Source: Amoebophrya sp. A120 | Taxonomy: Eukaryota > Protista > Dinoflagellata | NCBI GenBank assembly: GCA_905178155.1 | Contig: CAJINV010000001.1 | Coordinates: forward strand, 7,776,579-7,840,578 | Reading direction: 5' to 3' | Length of the DNA: 64,000 bases | In this document: one piece after another, positions 51,101 to 64,000 of the stretch | How the letters are laid out: each line of letters starts with the position of its first letter | Numbering within the stretch: position 1 is the stretch's first letter | Translations under genes and position numbers: made by a program | The notes under the pieces: generated by a model | Told to the model about the DNA's origin: nothing | The model's input: the letters and a program-made list of their open reading frames with translations, nothing else | The model's database searches: none

Positions 51101-52996
51101 CTTTCAGTAAAAATCATCTTGTACGCTTCGCCTCCGCGCACCGGAATCCGCTCCGTCGTCTTCCTCGGAGGTTGTGAGCGCGACGGACTTGAGCTGGCGG
51201 TTCGACGAGGACGGCGCGTTGTCCTGTCCGGGGTTGGCCTGGTCGCTGATGTCCCAGAGCTTGTAGCTGCCGTGGAAGATGAACACCCATGCGAGGATGA
51301 ACATCAGGAACGGCAGGGCGACTCGCAGCACCGCGACGCTGTAGCCCGCCCAGGAGCTGGACTCCAGCGTGTAGGCCTCCGGGTCGTTGCCGGGCGAGAT
51401 CCGGTCGCTGAGCCACTTCGGGGTCAGGTAGCTGGCGCCCGCGCTGATGTAGTTGTACACAGCCGTGGCGCTGCGCGACACGATGCCCTGCTTCTCCTGC
51501 GAAACCTCCTTCGCGCGCGCGTTCACCTCGTCCGACTCCTGCACCTGCCGGGCCTCGCGGAGCATGTCCTTCCGCAACTTCGTGTTGAGGCTGTGCTCCA
51601 GCCGCGACGTGTCGACGGACAGGGCCACCGCCTCCTCGCGGCTCCGCTGCAAATCCGCGATTTGCGTCTGAATCGTCAATTCGCGCTTGCGCCGTTCCGT
51701 GGCCGCCTCCGACCGCCGCGCGTTCTCGCTGTCCTCCAGCGACTTGCGCGCAGCCGAATTCGCCGGCATGGACTTGATCTTTTGCAGGCTCTCCTTCGCC
51801 TTTTCGGTCTCGTCCCGGTCCCACTCGAGCAGCTTCTGCGTGGAGTCCGTGCGGAGCTCCGCAACCAGTTCGTGGTGGTGGGCCACCAGGCCGTCCAGGT
51901 CCTTCTTCAGCCCCTTCAGCTTGGTCTTCAACTTCCCCTCCGTCTCCCGCATCGCGGCGATGTACGTCTGCTGCTCCGCGTTCGGGCTGGCCAGCTCCGC
52001 CGGGGCCTCCACGGGGGTGCCGGTGGGGGCCCGGTGCCGGGGAACGAAGTCGTCCGGGATACCGCCCGTGCGGTGCCCGTAGTAGCACATGGACTTCCCC
52101 TTCGGAACCACTATGGACTTCTCACCCAGCCCGTACGGCGTCAAAGTGCTCCAGTGCCCAAGAAGGGTCCAGTCTGGATTATTTATATTTTCGATTATTC
52201 GCAGCAGTGTAGCTTGAGAATCAATGAAATAATGAACGTCGGACGAACCCGATGGAAATAAATAATTTCAAAAATGAATCACGCCTCGAATCGTAGAATC
52301 AAAATCCTTACCACAATGCGAGATTTTCGCGTTCTTGACCATGTCGTTGCCAAAGGCGTCAACGCCAGGCTCCAGCACGTACTTGGACGGGGCGTATAGC
52401 GTGTGGATCTCCGTAGAACTGCTGTCTTGCATGGTTACCGCGAAACCCTGGTTGTACACCATCGTCCACTCACCCAACGCGTTGCTGGAAAACTTCCACT
52501 TCTTCATCATCTCCTCGCTCATCGGATTCCCCTGCATGTCCGTGAACTTCTCGGGCTGCATGTGCCAGTCCGTCATCACGGCGGACATCACGCCGAAGGG
52601 GACAAATTTCTCCGTGAGGTAGGTCTGATGAATCGCTTTCTTCGTGGAAGGACCTGGATTGCGTTTATTTTCGATAGCATTTGACAACAGTGAGGGTCCA
52701 ACAATGGCATGACAGATAACAACTTCATGCTGGTAGAAGAAAAAGACTACATACATGTCCTGAAAAAATAGCGACGAGAAGATGAATGCGCCGTGCTTTT
52801 GCTCTTTACCTGGTGTCAAGTGGTCGTGTCCGCCGGGCTTGTTGGGGCTCTGCCAGCCGCAGTTCTCGCCATCGTACAAGCCAAAGGTGAAGTCCCAGGA
52901 ACCGATCATGTTAAAGTGGTTGCAGGCAATCGGCAAGTCCGCGTTGACCAGGCGAACGAGCGCGGAAAAGACGAATGCTGTAGCCCGGACCAACAT
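48194..52996 (-). CDS. Cathepsin C / dipeptidyl aminopeptidase (papain C1A) with a greatly expanded proregion containing two TM segments
   Basis: Signal peptide, then exclusion domain (ADLPIAC, GEWTMVYNQGF, SHC|DWTLLGHW, CYYG). Catalytic motifs QGSCGNCYA, GCDGGYP, DHALLIVG|WG, YWILQNSWG. GT-AG introns include 50959-51124, 49110-49564 and 48603-48809. Confidence 0.88.
49145..49535. repeat. Intronic minisatellite, about 21-22 bp unit (aaattcaactatttNcggNNa)
   Basis: The core ttcaactattt recurs more than 10 times inside intron 49110-49564. Confidence 0.9.
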
Positions 52997-54221
52997 TTTC
53001 GGCGGAAGCTTTTGTCCTCTCAGGGGAAAGAGACGAAAAGCAATAGCGACGTAGCGAAATAAAGCAATTGCAAAGTTCAAGTTGTTTGGAAATGAAATAA
53101 AGTGTCCGAATGAAAATGAAAATGGTTTGTACAGATGAAAGGCGTTAAAATTTGTACATGAAAAACGAAAAATACAAAAATGCCCTGGGCTACAGGAAGG
53201 ACAAAAGAACAGTTTAGTACATTAAAACAATCAATAAAGAGTCATCCAGGAGGAAAAGCACCAAAAAAAATCTTCACTTCGAAAAGATGAGGAACGTTTT
53301 GGGCTGTCAGGGGTGTCGGTGTGAGAGAAATAGAAGGCACGAAGCGAGAATGATGACTACGACTTGACAACAGTACGACGAAAAGTTGAGCAACGAATGT
53401 CCCGAATGCGATGCACGATACGAACTGTCTACTTTCTCATCGAACGAAGGCGAGACTGGTGAACGATTGGCAGAGCTGAAAACGATCAATACGATTGGAG
53501 TCACCGACCGATTACAAAGTTGCACGAAGCACAGATCACACCGATTCGTTTTTCTAATCTCTGAAGGTACCGATGCGTGACTTTGAAATACGAGTGCGGA
53601 ATAGATTTCAGTTCGGAAAAGATTGAAAGTCTGAGGGAAGTTGTGTGCCAAAACCATAACCAGCTTGCTCTTGCAGCAGTCCGGCGATTGTGCGTTCGTT
53701 GCGGCTCGTCACCGCGTCAAATTCGTTCGTTGTTACTGTTTCTACATCACTCTTTTCTTTACGTTTGGCAGACAAAACCTAGATGATCAACATCAAGCAT
53801 TTATCAGCACAGGCATGCCAGCAATTCTGCAGAGGGCCGGAGGGTGGTTTTTCGCACAAAGATTCGCCTCCTCTCGTGGAACTTGTGCTGGAAAGGAGGA
53901 AAATACGCTTAGTTTCATACCGATAAACATCTTGCTAATGGCATCATACGCAGGCAGTTTATGGCTTCTTCTATTTCGAAAGTTGCACTGATTCTCTGTA
54001 CAAAAAACAATCCTAGTGATGGCCGCAACTTTGATTTTTCAAAACAGCACTTCTCGAAACGCAGAAATGGGATTTTCTCTTTGTTCAATACGAAACATGA
54101 TCGTCACTGCAGCTATGCGAAGACGTCGCACACATTCATTTGACACCGACCTGATTTCTTTAATTGCTGGTGCAGAAGTATGGCAGGTCGTGCTGTGCCG
54201 CGCCCTCTCCTTGCCATTCCA

Positions 54222-57200
54222 TTATGCCATCATTTGTAGTGTTTGCCTTCGCTGCGCCTCGTCGCGAACGGCAGTTTCGAAACAGGCCATAGGGTCCTGC
54301 TCCCGGCTGTCGTCGGAGGTGTCTTCTGCATTGTTTGTACCGACCGAGGCCAAGCGTGCGGCGGCCGACGCCGGGGAGAAAGTGCCAAACTTCGGTGTGC
54401 TGTCCTCGTTCTTTGGTTTGTTCACAACTGCTCTCACCTCCCCCTCGGCAAGAACACCGAAGGTTTTTATTTCCTCATCCGTATTTTGCTGCAGATTGAA
54501 AGTAGAAGCCTTCCCGCCGCTACCCTGCTGTGCGCTTTTGTCCACATCAGCAACTCCAGCCGGTGCGACGACAGACTGGAATGCAGTGGTAACGAGCGGC
54601 GCAGAAATCTGTTCTTGTTTCCCCATCAATTTGTTCGCCTCATCCTTCGCTGTGCTAGCGGCGCTGGGTTCCCCTAGTGGAATATTCTTCTCCACCGTTG
54701 AGAAAACGGCCTCTTCGCTGGACCGGTGCTCTACAAGACAGGAAGTGCGCGGCTTTCCGTGGTCTTCGTCCATGCTCACACTAAATGGCGACGCTGAGTT
54801 CGATCTTATTCCTGACGCGTCGCGGTAGACGGACGTGGGGTTGGCGCTGCAGCTGCTCCCCTGTTGGATAATTTCATTCGGAAAACAAGCTGGTGTGGTT
54901 GCGATAGTGGCACCAGTGTTCGCGTAGGCACCCTTCCCGTTGAACCTCGCTAGTGTGGCATTCACATTGTTCCCGATGTTGACACTCGCGATAGCAGCAG
55001 CCCTGCTCGTCCCGGCAACATGCACCGGGCCACGACTACTAGCGCGATGTACTAAGTGGGAGGAAGTTGTAGCACCGAGGTTGCTGGTAGACGAAGAGAT
55101 CGACAGGCGCCGGTGGTCCACGACAGTAGCGGCGCCGGTGCTGGCGCCGAGAGAATCTTCAAACTCTTCTTCGCTGACGGCCTGTAGCTGTGGACGCAAC
55201 GATGCGTTCGAATTCGCGCGGTGCAGCTTTTCTGCCCCCTCGGCTGTCAGCGGAGCTGTCCCGACAGTGCCAGACTGTGGAACAGGATTATTGTTCTCTT
55301 GTGCCTGCGGCAGTACTGGCGCAGGCACTAGATTGCCCGGAAGATGACTGCCCGTGGGAGCAGTACTGTTCGAAAATGCCGGAGGCGGTGCGACTGCCGT
55401 GCTGGCGCTGGCGACAGTGCCGCTACTAGAAGTCGTCTGTGCTGCCCCATCTAGTACTCCAGCGGTGACGTTAATTGTTCCACTTTCCGCTAGCACCAAA
55501 GCCAAACGACCATTGGCTCCTGCATTTGCATTTCCACCCCCGTTGCCGGCTTGCACAAAACGCGTTTTGGAACTACTATTCGCAGATGGGGCCCAAAGGC
55601 CTCCGCTGCTAACTTCTTTCGGAGACGATTCCCTCGTTCCGCCGGTCGCAGAACCTTTTCCAAACCCGGTGCTGGGTGCCGCAAGAGAAGAAGCGCCACC
55701 GCCTGCCGTATTTTCCGCGAGATAGACGATCATCGGAAGTGACAAAATTAACATCTGAGGACCCCGCCATAATAGTAGTCATCGACCAGAACGCACTACA
55801 AGTACAAAAAAAATCCCAAAGACATTACAAGTCAAACCTGAATATTCGTACCTGGTGCAGAGAATAGCGGCGAGGACAACACCGTTTGCTCCGATAGGCG
55901 GCTCGTTAAATCCTCCAGATCCAAGTGCCGACGGCAACTTTCCTGCTCCGAGGAGTCGTCGCTTCGATCGCTGTGATGAAGCAAACCAGGGCCAGCCTTG
56001 TACTTGCTTTTGCGCTTCCGAGACATCTTGTTGGCTTTGTTTTTCCGGTTACAGATCAGTTCCTCTCCCCCTCCGCGCAGCGTTTCAAAGTGGTCCTGTT
56101 CGAGCAACATAGCGGGACAGTTATTGTCCGGCTCCTGATAACTGGACTCACGCTCGCTGGTTCGCGACCGACGCACACTGCTCTGGAAGCTTCCACGCGG
56201 TAACGTACTCATGTAGCTATGTGCTCTGGACGCCAGAAACTCCGCATCATGCTCATACATCTCGTCGTCCCGATTCAAGTGTAGCAGCCCCGCTGCGTGC
56301 TGAGACGCTGTGCTAGTCTGCTGGTGCTGCATTTTGCTCACTGCCACGGCGCTATACCTCCTGTGGCGCACCTTCTCATTTGCCTGCTCCTTCTGTTTTT
56401 CCCACGAAGAAGACTGATTAGTCGTCCAGGAATTCCGGAAATACGGCTTTGCAGTCTCTTGCTCCAACGGAAAAATTGTTTCGGTCAGCAGCCGATCGAC
56501 GGACGTTTTGTACGCACTGCTGGTCCGGCCGTGCAGGGACGTGGAGCTAGTGCGATGCAGTAAAGAGGATTTTCTGGAGTGTTCCAGCAGATCACTAATG
56601 CTGCTCCCTGAAGCGGAGGTTTTCATCTTTGTTCGATTGGAATTACTCTCCGCGGTCGTAGTACGGGTGTTCGTCTTATGCAAATTGTGGCCCCCGCGAC
56701 GCAGGTTCGCGGACGAGGTAGAAGTTTGGCCGCTGCCGGGCACAACCTGCTGGCTTTGCGCTAGAATTGTCACAGAATCGTTGCTCCGTCCGCGTTTGAT
56801 TCGGTAGTTCTCTACCGATTCGAACCGTTTTCCACCAAGACCACAATTAGGCACGACTTTGGTTCCGGAATGCAGCAGGCGCACGTTGTTCCCAGGGCGA
56901 ACTTTCATCTTATCGTACTCGTTATCGCTGTCCGAAACTTCGTCTTCGATGTTGGGCGAGTGCTGCCCAACATGGCTCTTGCCCACCAGCTCGTCCTTCC
57001 GCATGAGCTTCGACCTGCAGTAGAACTGCGTTGCTTCGCCCTCTAGAAACGCGTTGCACGCGGCCAGAATGTACTCCTCCAACGATTCGCTCTCGTAGAG
57101 CAGCCAGGGAAACACGACGGCGAGGGCCACGGTGTTGAACTCGTGGATCTTGAAATAGACACAGATTCCGGAAAACGCTGTTACCGGCACCGCGAACACC

Positions 57201-58279
57201 ACCGCCCGACAATTTTCGGACCACCTGCGACACTTCAGCTCGTGAATGATGACGCAGAAAGTCAAGACGAAAACGAAAATCGGCGTCGCGTAGATGTGAT
57301 TGGTGCACACACCACGGAAAGCCAGGCGGCCGAGCTCGAGAGTTTTGTCGTACTCGCCCTGGTTACCGAGTAACGGTGGGAGAAGAAGCACTTGCGCAAC
57401 GTTGTACTCGGTGATCCGGGCGAAGGGCTCGGTTGACGAAGTAGGAGCGATCATCTGCTGCAAAGCGCCACGGTACAGGATGAAAGCAGCTTTTATTACT
57501 CCCCCCGCGAGGACCTGTGGTTGTTGCGTACAAACCGAAGCTCCATGACCAGCGAATCATCTTCACCATCACGGTTAATATTTCCGCTGTACGACAAACA
57601 CTCTAGACTGAAAAAAATGTTCCCGGATAAAAAACTATAATACCGCCGACCCCGCCAGTGCTAGAAGATGCGCAAAGCGCGACATCCGATGTGTCACGGC
57701 CAGCACCCCGCACACGGCTGCCATTACGAGAAACGGAAAGACATCCACGTACACGGCCTGTGCCGCTACTGCTGCGGTCTCCGCATGCCTTCTTTTGGCG
57801 TCTTCCGCACTGCGAATCTGGAGGAACTCGTAGAATTTCGGATTCACGTGCAGGTCGTGCACTGTAGAGGTTGCATCCTCCCGCGTGGTAGACGCAGCCA
57901 TGTCCTCGGGCGGACGGAGCAACTCATGCCGCACCGCGGTCGGATGGCTTGTACCACTCCCGAAACCGTGAAGCTCGCCTAACTGACGTACCGGCAGGTG
58001 GTGGGAAGTCGACCCATCTTGCTCGATGCGCGCAGCCGCGCCCGCCCGACCGTCGCTGCGACGAACAAGGAACTTTTGCTCCTCGTCCTGCTTGGTCCCT
58101 AGTGAACTTCTTCCCGAGGAGCGGCCGGCTGGGGGTAGGTATTCGAGCTCCAGAACCGCTCGGGCAGCCCGCGATTGGTTGTACAGAATCGCAGCATTGT
58201 GGCAAACCAAAGCCAGATAAAAACACAGCAAAAAGAAGGACGCAGAGCAAAGAATCAAGGGACTTTTGGCTGTGGACAT
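54222..58279 (-). CDS. Unknown multi-pass membrane protein with a long Ser/Thr-rich tail (ORFs 57635..58279, 55832..57463 and 54222..55754 probably spliced)
   Basis: Hydrophobic segments in the first two ORFs. Plausible GT-AG junctions AGSA|VLAGG and SAP|GGGAS. Confidence 0.55.
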
Positions 58280-60142
58280 ACTTATTTTCTCAAAGTGCTG
58301 AAGCGTAGCGAAATCAGCACGTGAATGAAACTCCGCAGCAAGTTTTTGCGTTTACACAGACATCAACCGAAATATGACGACGGGCGAGATCGTGGGTAGA
58401 AATAGACATAGATGAAAGAGTGTTGTTTTCTTAGCGTTTTAACAGACCGCAGACTTAATCACCTTTCTCCAGTGGAGGACGACTTCTTCCAGCTCTAACT
58501 GATTGTCGGACGATTTGGGAGTCGATTTTCTTTTGATTTGGATGTACGCTTATTGTAGCTGCCAACGCAAAAGAAGAAAAGCAAACATTTTGACGACAGA
58601 AAACAACGAAGAGCAAAGCACCTCTTGGAGAACACGCTTAAGCAAAAATGCCAACAGCTGGTGAGCGCTGCCGCCGCTTCGAGATCCCCCCTTCGTAAGG
58701 GCCGAACGGGGTGGAACCGAGAGCCGGCTCTTTGTTTTTTCAAGTGGGGGCAATGAATATCATACCCTGAATAATGTAAAAGAGTCACGTCGGTTGATAA
58801 CCGATTGTTAGCATGGTTGCGAGAATGGCAACCGTTTGAAAGCGCGGATAGGCATGGTCCTCGCAGGAAAGAGATTTCATGTTAGTACATTCCTCAAATA
58901 TACGTGGTTTAATTTCTGTGTAGTTGTTCGAAAAATCATCTACTGGTACACTTTCTGGTCGTCGTAAAGAGGTTACTCTTTCTCGCCATCTCCACCTACA
59001 TGATATGTTTCGGTTGTAAAAAGTCCTGAGATAGCTCGTAAAACTTTGTGATTTTCGCGCGCCTACACAAAACAAATACCTAAAAACTTGCAACACAAAA
59101 CGGATGAAGAATAAGATCATTTCTTTAATTGTTAGTTTTAGAAACACGCCTCCTCGTAGTTCTATCCTTTCTTCCGCGTTGCATGCAAGTGCTGCTGATG
59201 CTGGTCGTGCTTGGCGACGCCTCGCCATTAGAGAGGACGGCCAACAAGTCGTCGGGGTGCTACTATTCTTTCCTAATTTCGTTGCCTGCGGACCGTAATT
59301 CTCTACCTGTCTCGCGGCTTGATGTAATGTAGTGGTTGTAAAGCTAAATATTGTGCGCTTGTACCGTCGCCTCGGAAACAAAGTGCCGGGGTCGAAAAAA
59401 TGATGGTTGCAAAATGAATTGCGGTGGGGTTGATGTGATAATGTTAATTTTGCCTTGTTTGTTGAAATTGCGTTGTTGCCAGAGGGCTGGTTGAGATAAA
59501 GAATGACAACTGGTCTAATGGGTGGTATTTCTCGAAAAGAAACAGGTGGTCGTCGTCGTTTTCTTTTCTTTCCCTCGTTCCGTAGCATTTCTTTCACGGC
59601 ATCGAGCTGCTTCGTGTGTCTCCTGTGTATTGCGGCAATTGTGCTTCTTCGTTTTCGCTTGCGTCTTCGCACTGCCTTCCAATCAGTGGGGCGCTCCTTC
59701 TTTACGCAATACTGGAATCCTAGACGCGCTGACGGCGTAGTAAAAAATTCCTTACGAAGGGGCACGGGGTCCTCGTCGTGAACCTGTATCGAATTTTGGT
59801 TCAAAGATAGAGGTCACACTCAAACGAAAAGCACAAAAGAACAATGTTGAAGGCACAGTGTTTCAAGTGCGGAAGTGTGCCAAAAGAATACCTTGCGTCC
59901 CCTCGCAAATTGGTGTCTATCTGGATCATCTCGCCTGCTGTAGTGGTCTCGATATTCTTCTTTTCGGACGAAGAGGTTTCGCTTTGAAAAATGATCCGAC
60001 AGATAAGCAACCCGGTAACCGTGCCTGTTTTTGATTTTGATGAAAACAATCGAGAAAAAATCAAGAATACAATTCGACGCGGGTTCTATTTGCGTATCTA
60101 CTCTAGATCCACCTCCAATACTGAGTAGAAAAAACAAATCAC

Positions 60143-62113
60143 TCAATACCTTATTTTCCTCCTCCTGCGTACGGCTTTGCGGTGCCGGTGGACCAGAGCG
60201 CACGGGCTTAGTCTGCCGACCCGCTGTTGCCGCCAGGGGCGGATTTTGGTGAGCTGCAGTAGCTCGAGTGGTCGATAAGGGGGCGAGTGGTACACGAAAA
60301 AGGGCGGCGGCGGACCAGAGGGTTCCATTCCTGTATAATCAAAGAAGATTCGCGCCTTCCTAGAACCGTAGTCGTCTTGCCGCTGGTTGCGCAGTTGGTG
60401 CTGCCCGTCGTACGCGTAACACTCGCTCGCGTTTCCCCTTACAAAATTGTGGCTGCCTGAGCACGGTGTACTAAACAACTGTGTTGGAGGCATGGTAAAA
60501 TTGTTGCCCAGTTCGCTGTAGTTCGTGTTCTGACGCACCGGTCGTCGGGGTGGCGGTGTACGACACCGCGGAACTGGAACTTGAACTCGGACAGATCGCT
60601 GGCTGGTAAAATTACCGTCAGCGAACGACCAATTCAGGTCGTTTTCTGGAATCTGTGATGGTGGGGTGAAAGAGGATGTGTCTACCGTTGGCGTCTGTCT
60701 TGAGCGTGTCGGCGCGATTCGCGTCAAGCTCGCTTCTGAAGAACCTTTGTTCGCGCAGAGGGTGGACAAACCGCCTTCTGTCAGCCAATTTACCCCCTGC
60801 GCAGCATGACCGCTTCTCCAGCGCTCGTCTTCACTTTCTAGTGAGGGTCGTCTCATTGCTGCGGGTGACAAGGAAAACAAGCTGCGCGCCTTATTCCTGC
60901 CCTCGGTTCTTTTATGCGCCTGTCCAGCAGTACCGACGTCCCGCAAAGGCCTAACATTTTCCCTTCGGCTCGGTACCTGGAGTTCTTCATGCCCGCCATC
61001 GGGTACAACTACGTTTTCAACGAAGTGCATCGAAGATAGTATTCTCGTGGAGTCTGTCTGGAGGGAACGCTCGCAGGCCTTCGGCCGGTTTGGCGAACCA
61101 GCTGGCTGCTGAGAAGTTCCGGTGACATTGTTATTCTGTCTCGTGCTTAATATTTCGTCGCGCAAAAAATTACTGCGCGATCGGTAAAAATCCTCTATCT
61201 TCTTTTTCCGTCGCCGTTTTCGTACCGGATGGTAGTATCGCAGGTCGGGTTCCGACCTATCAGGACGCTGTGGTAGCCTTCTTTCCTGTTTTTTGCTTCT
61301 TTCAAAATAACCTGCTGCATGATCGACGTGTACTGTTCCGTACCTTCGCCGTCGTGTCGTCCTCGCGGTGGGTGATAAATTTGAAGCTCCTGAGGTTGTT
61401 GTACAACCAGGACTTCTTTCTTCGGTTCTCCTTTTCCCACATCGGTTGAGGCCGCAGGCAAGCAGGCTCCGTATGATGACGGATAAGAGGTAGTTAATGT
61501 ACAACAGAACCGCCTCGAAGTTGTGGTAAATGTACTCCTGGTAGTGTGACTTGTTCCGGACTCGTAAACCTTTCTTCGTCACCAAATTTTTCTGTCTCCT
61601 TATCCTGTTTTTCTTTCTGACTTTTCTCCTCTGTCTGTGACCGAGTGTCGTGCCGTTTCTGTCTGTTCGGCTATGGCTTCTTTCCGATCGTAGTGGCGGT
61701 CGAAGCTTCTCGCTCCGGTCTATGATCTCCTCGTCGCGACCGCGTAATGTAGTAAATCTGTCGCGGAGTCTATCTGTATACGATACGATATTGCGGAAAG
61801 GTGCGTTATGACTATTTCTACTCGGTTGTTTCTCAGAGTGATAAACAGGTTGCCCGTCTCGTCTTCCCGGGTGCGACGACGGTGCAGTCGAGCGCGCTGC
61901 AACAGTGCTGCTGCTGCTCGCTCGTGCAACCATCTTCTGTGCACGGGAAGACTCTTGAGCGGGAGAGCTCAACATATTCGGTGAACTTTCTAAGATAAGA
62001 TTTCTTTTGCAGTCGTGCATACTGCTGGTGAACAAGGTTGTTAAAAACGTGGTCACAGCTACTGCGTGATAGCGATGAATAGTTATCCCTATGTGAAAGT
62101 ACAAGTTGTACAA
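60143..62113 (-). CDS. Unknown Arg/Ser-rich protein with one hydrophobic segment; boundaries uncertain
   Basis: 656-aa ORF co-oriented with its neighbours; no recognisable domain. Confidence 0.4.
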   Translation of the reverse strand: MYNLYFHIGITIHRYHAVAVTTFLTTLFTSSMHDCKRNLILESSPNMLSSPAQESSRAQKMVARASSSSTVAARSTAPSSHPGRRDGQPVYHSEKQPSRNSHNAPFRNIVSYTDRLRDRFTTLRGRDEEIIDRSEKLRPPLRSERSHSRTDRNGTTLGHRQRRKVRKKNRIRRQKNLVTKKGLRVRNKSHYQEYIYHNFEAVLLYINYLLSVIIRSLLACGLNRCGKRRTEERSPGCTTTSGASNLSPTARTTRRRRYGTVHVDHAAGYFERSKKQERRLPQRPDRSEPDLRYYHPVRKRRRKKKIEDFYRSRSNFLRDEILSTRQNNNVTGTSQQPAGSPNRPKACERSLQTDSTRILSSMHFVENVVVPDGGHEELQVPSRRENVRPLRDVGTAGQAHKRTEGRNKARSLFSLSPAAMRRPSLESEDERWRSGHAAQGVNWLTEGGLSTLCANKGSSEASLTRIAPTRSRQTPTVDTSSFTPPSQIPENDLNWSFADGNFTSQRSVRVQVPVPRCRTPPPRRPVRQNTNYSELGNNFTMPPTQLFSTPCSGSHNFVRGNASECYAYDGQHQLRNQRQDDYGSRKARIFFDYTGMEPSGPPPPFFVYHSPPYRPLELLQLTKIRPWRQQRVGRLSPCALVHRHRKAVRRRRKIRY

Positions 62114-63647
62114 CTTGCGGTAGACGTAGAACTATTAACTTTTCTCTACTGAAACTGGGAAATCGTTGGGGTGAGGTTTTTGAAAATGCTCTAGCTCTTA
62201 ACGATGTTTTAAAAAATTTCTTAGAAGTTTGTATCGAACTTTGGTTGATGGTCGTACTGATTTTCAGACTATCTTCAAGTTCCCGTGGCTTGAAACTAGC
62301 AACTAATTTTGACTTCTTACACGGTTCGGTTGTACTATTCGGTGCAGCTACTCCGTGGAAGCTCTGGCTGTAACAATTGACACAAGAAGAATTTTCGTAA
62401 CCTTTATCTTGTTGGACAACAGCACGGCTGTGATTTTCTAATTGCGTAACTGAAACGGACTGTACGTGTAGCTTACTTTCGTACTTCTGTAGTGGACACA
62501 ACAAAAATTGACGCTTTCGTCTGGTGTAGAAGGGCAAGAAAAGACTTTCTAGATAGGAAGGCCAATAATGTTTGCTACTACGTAAATGGTCAAAAGAAGC
62601 ACAAAGAAGTTGTAGGCCAGGAGAATGAAAATGTCTAAGTACTGAGACATGGTTACTTAATTTTCGGATCAAAAAACAAAATAAGTTTAATTTCAAAAAA
62701 GCGCTTCGTAACGGTATGTCATAATAGTTCAATAGACGGAAAAGAAATAGAAAGAGAAACATCGTGTAAAAACTGTTTGCGAGATGTGCGTAAAGACAAT
62801 AGTATCAAAAAGAACGGATACATGACGTGAAACTTGAATAAGTGGAGTAGCTGCTTGAAACATAAAAATAAGAGTAGAAAAAAAGAACAACTAGCTATCG
62901 TTCGCGTAACCCCAGAGCTAATAGGCGGAAATGGATCAGGTGGTAATTTCGGAAAATAAACTACGTGCTCGAATTTTTGGAAAGTTTGCGCGAAAGGAAA
63001 CAAAAATCTAAACACCGTAGCCAATTTTGGACTCCGCCCTAGCCTGGGGTCACGAACGAACGAAGAGTAACTACTCCACTTATAGATCATAGGTCAATGG
63101 GGTCCTGAGGGAAAAAATGGTTGGAAAAAGACATTGAAAGACAGTCAGACTCCGTACTTTATTCTTGGAAACAGCAAAACTACGATATTGCAGACAGTAC
63201 GACTTTTTGCACGAATCTAGCCGGTACGACATACGACTTAGCATTGAGCATGCACGAACCGATTCAGAATCAGCGCACGACAGCTGCAAAATTCCAAGTA
63301 GAGGCAAAACCGACTTTTCTCTCTTTCTATATGTCTATGCAGTTCCGCATCGCAAGGGATTCAAATACTCATACCGATTTTCCTTGCACATATGGTTTAT
63401 GTTGCGCACGCACTACGATTTTATACCGACACAATCTTTCCGGGTCTCATTTTCCGTTTGTTTTCTACCTGTACGAGTTACGAAGACCATTACTTTCTTT
63501 TGGGCGAGCTACGAACACGAAATATCAACAGCCTCATGCTGGAGGGAATCCGCTACCTATGATTGTCTTTTGGAGCTCTCGCGGCTTGGCGAGCCACGAA
63601 GCAAACGATATTGATAGTCATATCTACAATTTTATCGCAAGACTCAC

Positions 63648-63780
63648 GAATAGTTCAATTCCGTGAATAGTTCAAATTGAATAGTTCAATTTTGTGAATA
63701 GTTCAAATTGAATAGCTCAATTTCGCGAATAGTTCAAATTGAATAGTTCAATTTCATGAATAATTCAAATTTAATAACTC
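63648..63780. repeat. 31-bp tandem repeat, about 4 copies, built from two gaatagttcaa half-units
   Basis: gaatagttcaattNNNt-gaatagttcaaatt units start at 63648, 63679, 63710 and 63741. Confidence 0.9.
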
Positions 63781-63990
63781 AACTTCAACTCAAATCTCAA
63801 TCTGAGTCACAGTCTGAATCTTAAATCTTCCTACCTCGATCTCAAATCTTAAGAAATCTTAAATCGATCTAAGATGATCTATCAAATCCTATTCCAATCT
63901 CAAATCTTATTTCAATCTCATATCTTAAAAAATCTTAACTATCAAATCTTATCTCAATCTCAAATCTTAAAAAAATCTTAAATCTTAAAC
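63781..63990. repeat. Degenerate AT-rich short repeat (aaatctt/caatctc)
   Basis: Repeated aaatcttaa and tcaaatct words, nearly G-free on the + strand. Confidence 0.75.
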
Positions 63991-64000
63991 TCATCGCAGG

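Noticed and set aside
49570-52261. Long plus-strand ORFs (e.g. 51071..52261, 50179..50991)
   Set aside because: Antisense shadows of GC3-rich minus-strand cathepsin C exons.
62760-62785. catcgtgtaaaaactgtttg resembles the family B TIR
   Set aside because: Solo, imperfect match with no partner or TSD.
58785-63666. ORFs 58785..59804, 61833..62762 and 63121..63666
   Set aside because: AT-rich, non-ATG starts or compositionally implausible, with no motifs; parts may be exons but cannot be supported.

Overview
Eukaryotic, intron-containing genomic DNA. It is most consistent with a parasitic dinoflagellate of the Amoebophrya/Syndiniales type; this is inferred from gene families, co-oriented genes and non-canonical TIR introns, not from a database match. 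Every supportable gene lies on the minus strand. In order: a secreted dinoflagellate-type coiled-coil protein, a Polo-like kinase, a putative RAP-domain protein, RRP1/Nop52, a tandem array of four paralogous ParB/sulfiredoxin-like + KH-like genes, RSM22/METTL17, a DMT/EamA-like transporter fused to DUF192, a Gly/Pro/Gln/His-rich single-pass membrane protein, a cathepsin C-like protease with two internal TM segments, and unknown membrane or Arg-rich proteins. The most striking feature is nine MITE-like elements of at least four TIR families, 209-529 bp long, with TAT...ATA ends and exact 5-bp target-site duplications. All nine sit in coding exons. Removing the element plus one TSD copy restores the reading frame each time, yet no register gives GT-AG ends, so they behave as non-canonical introns (introners). 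One element carries a second element nested inside it.
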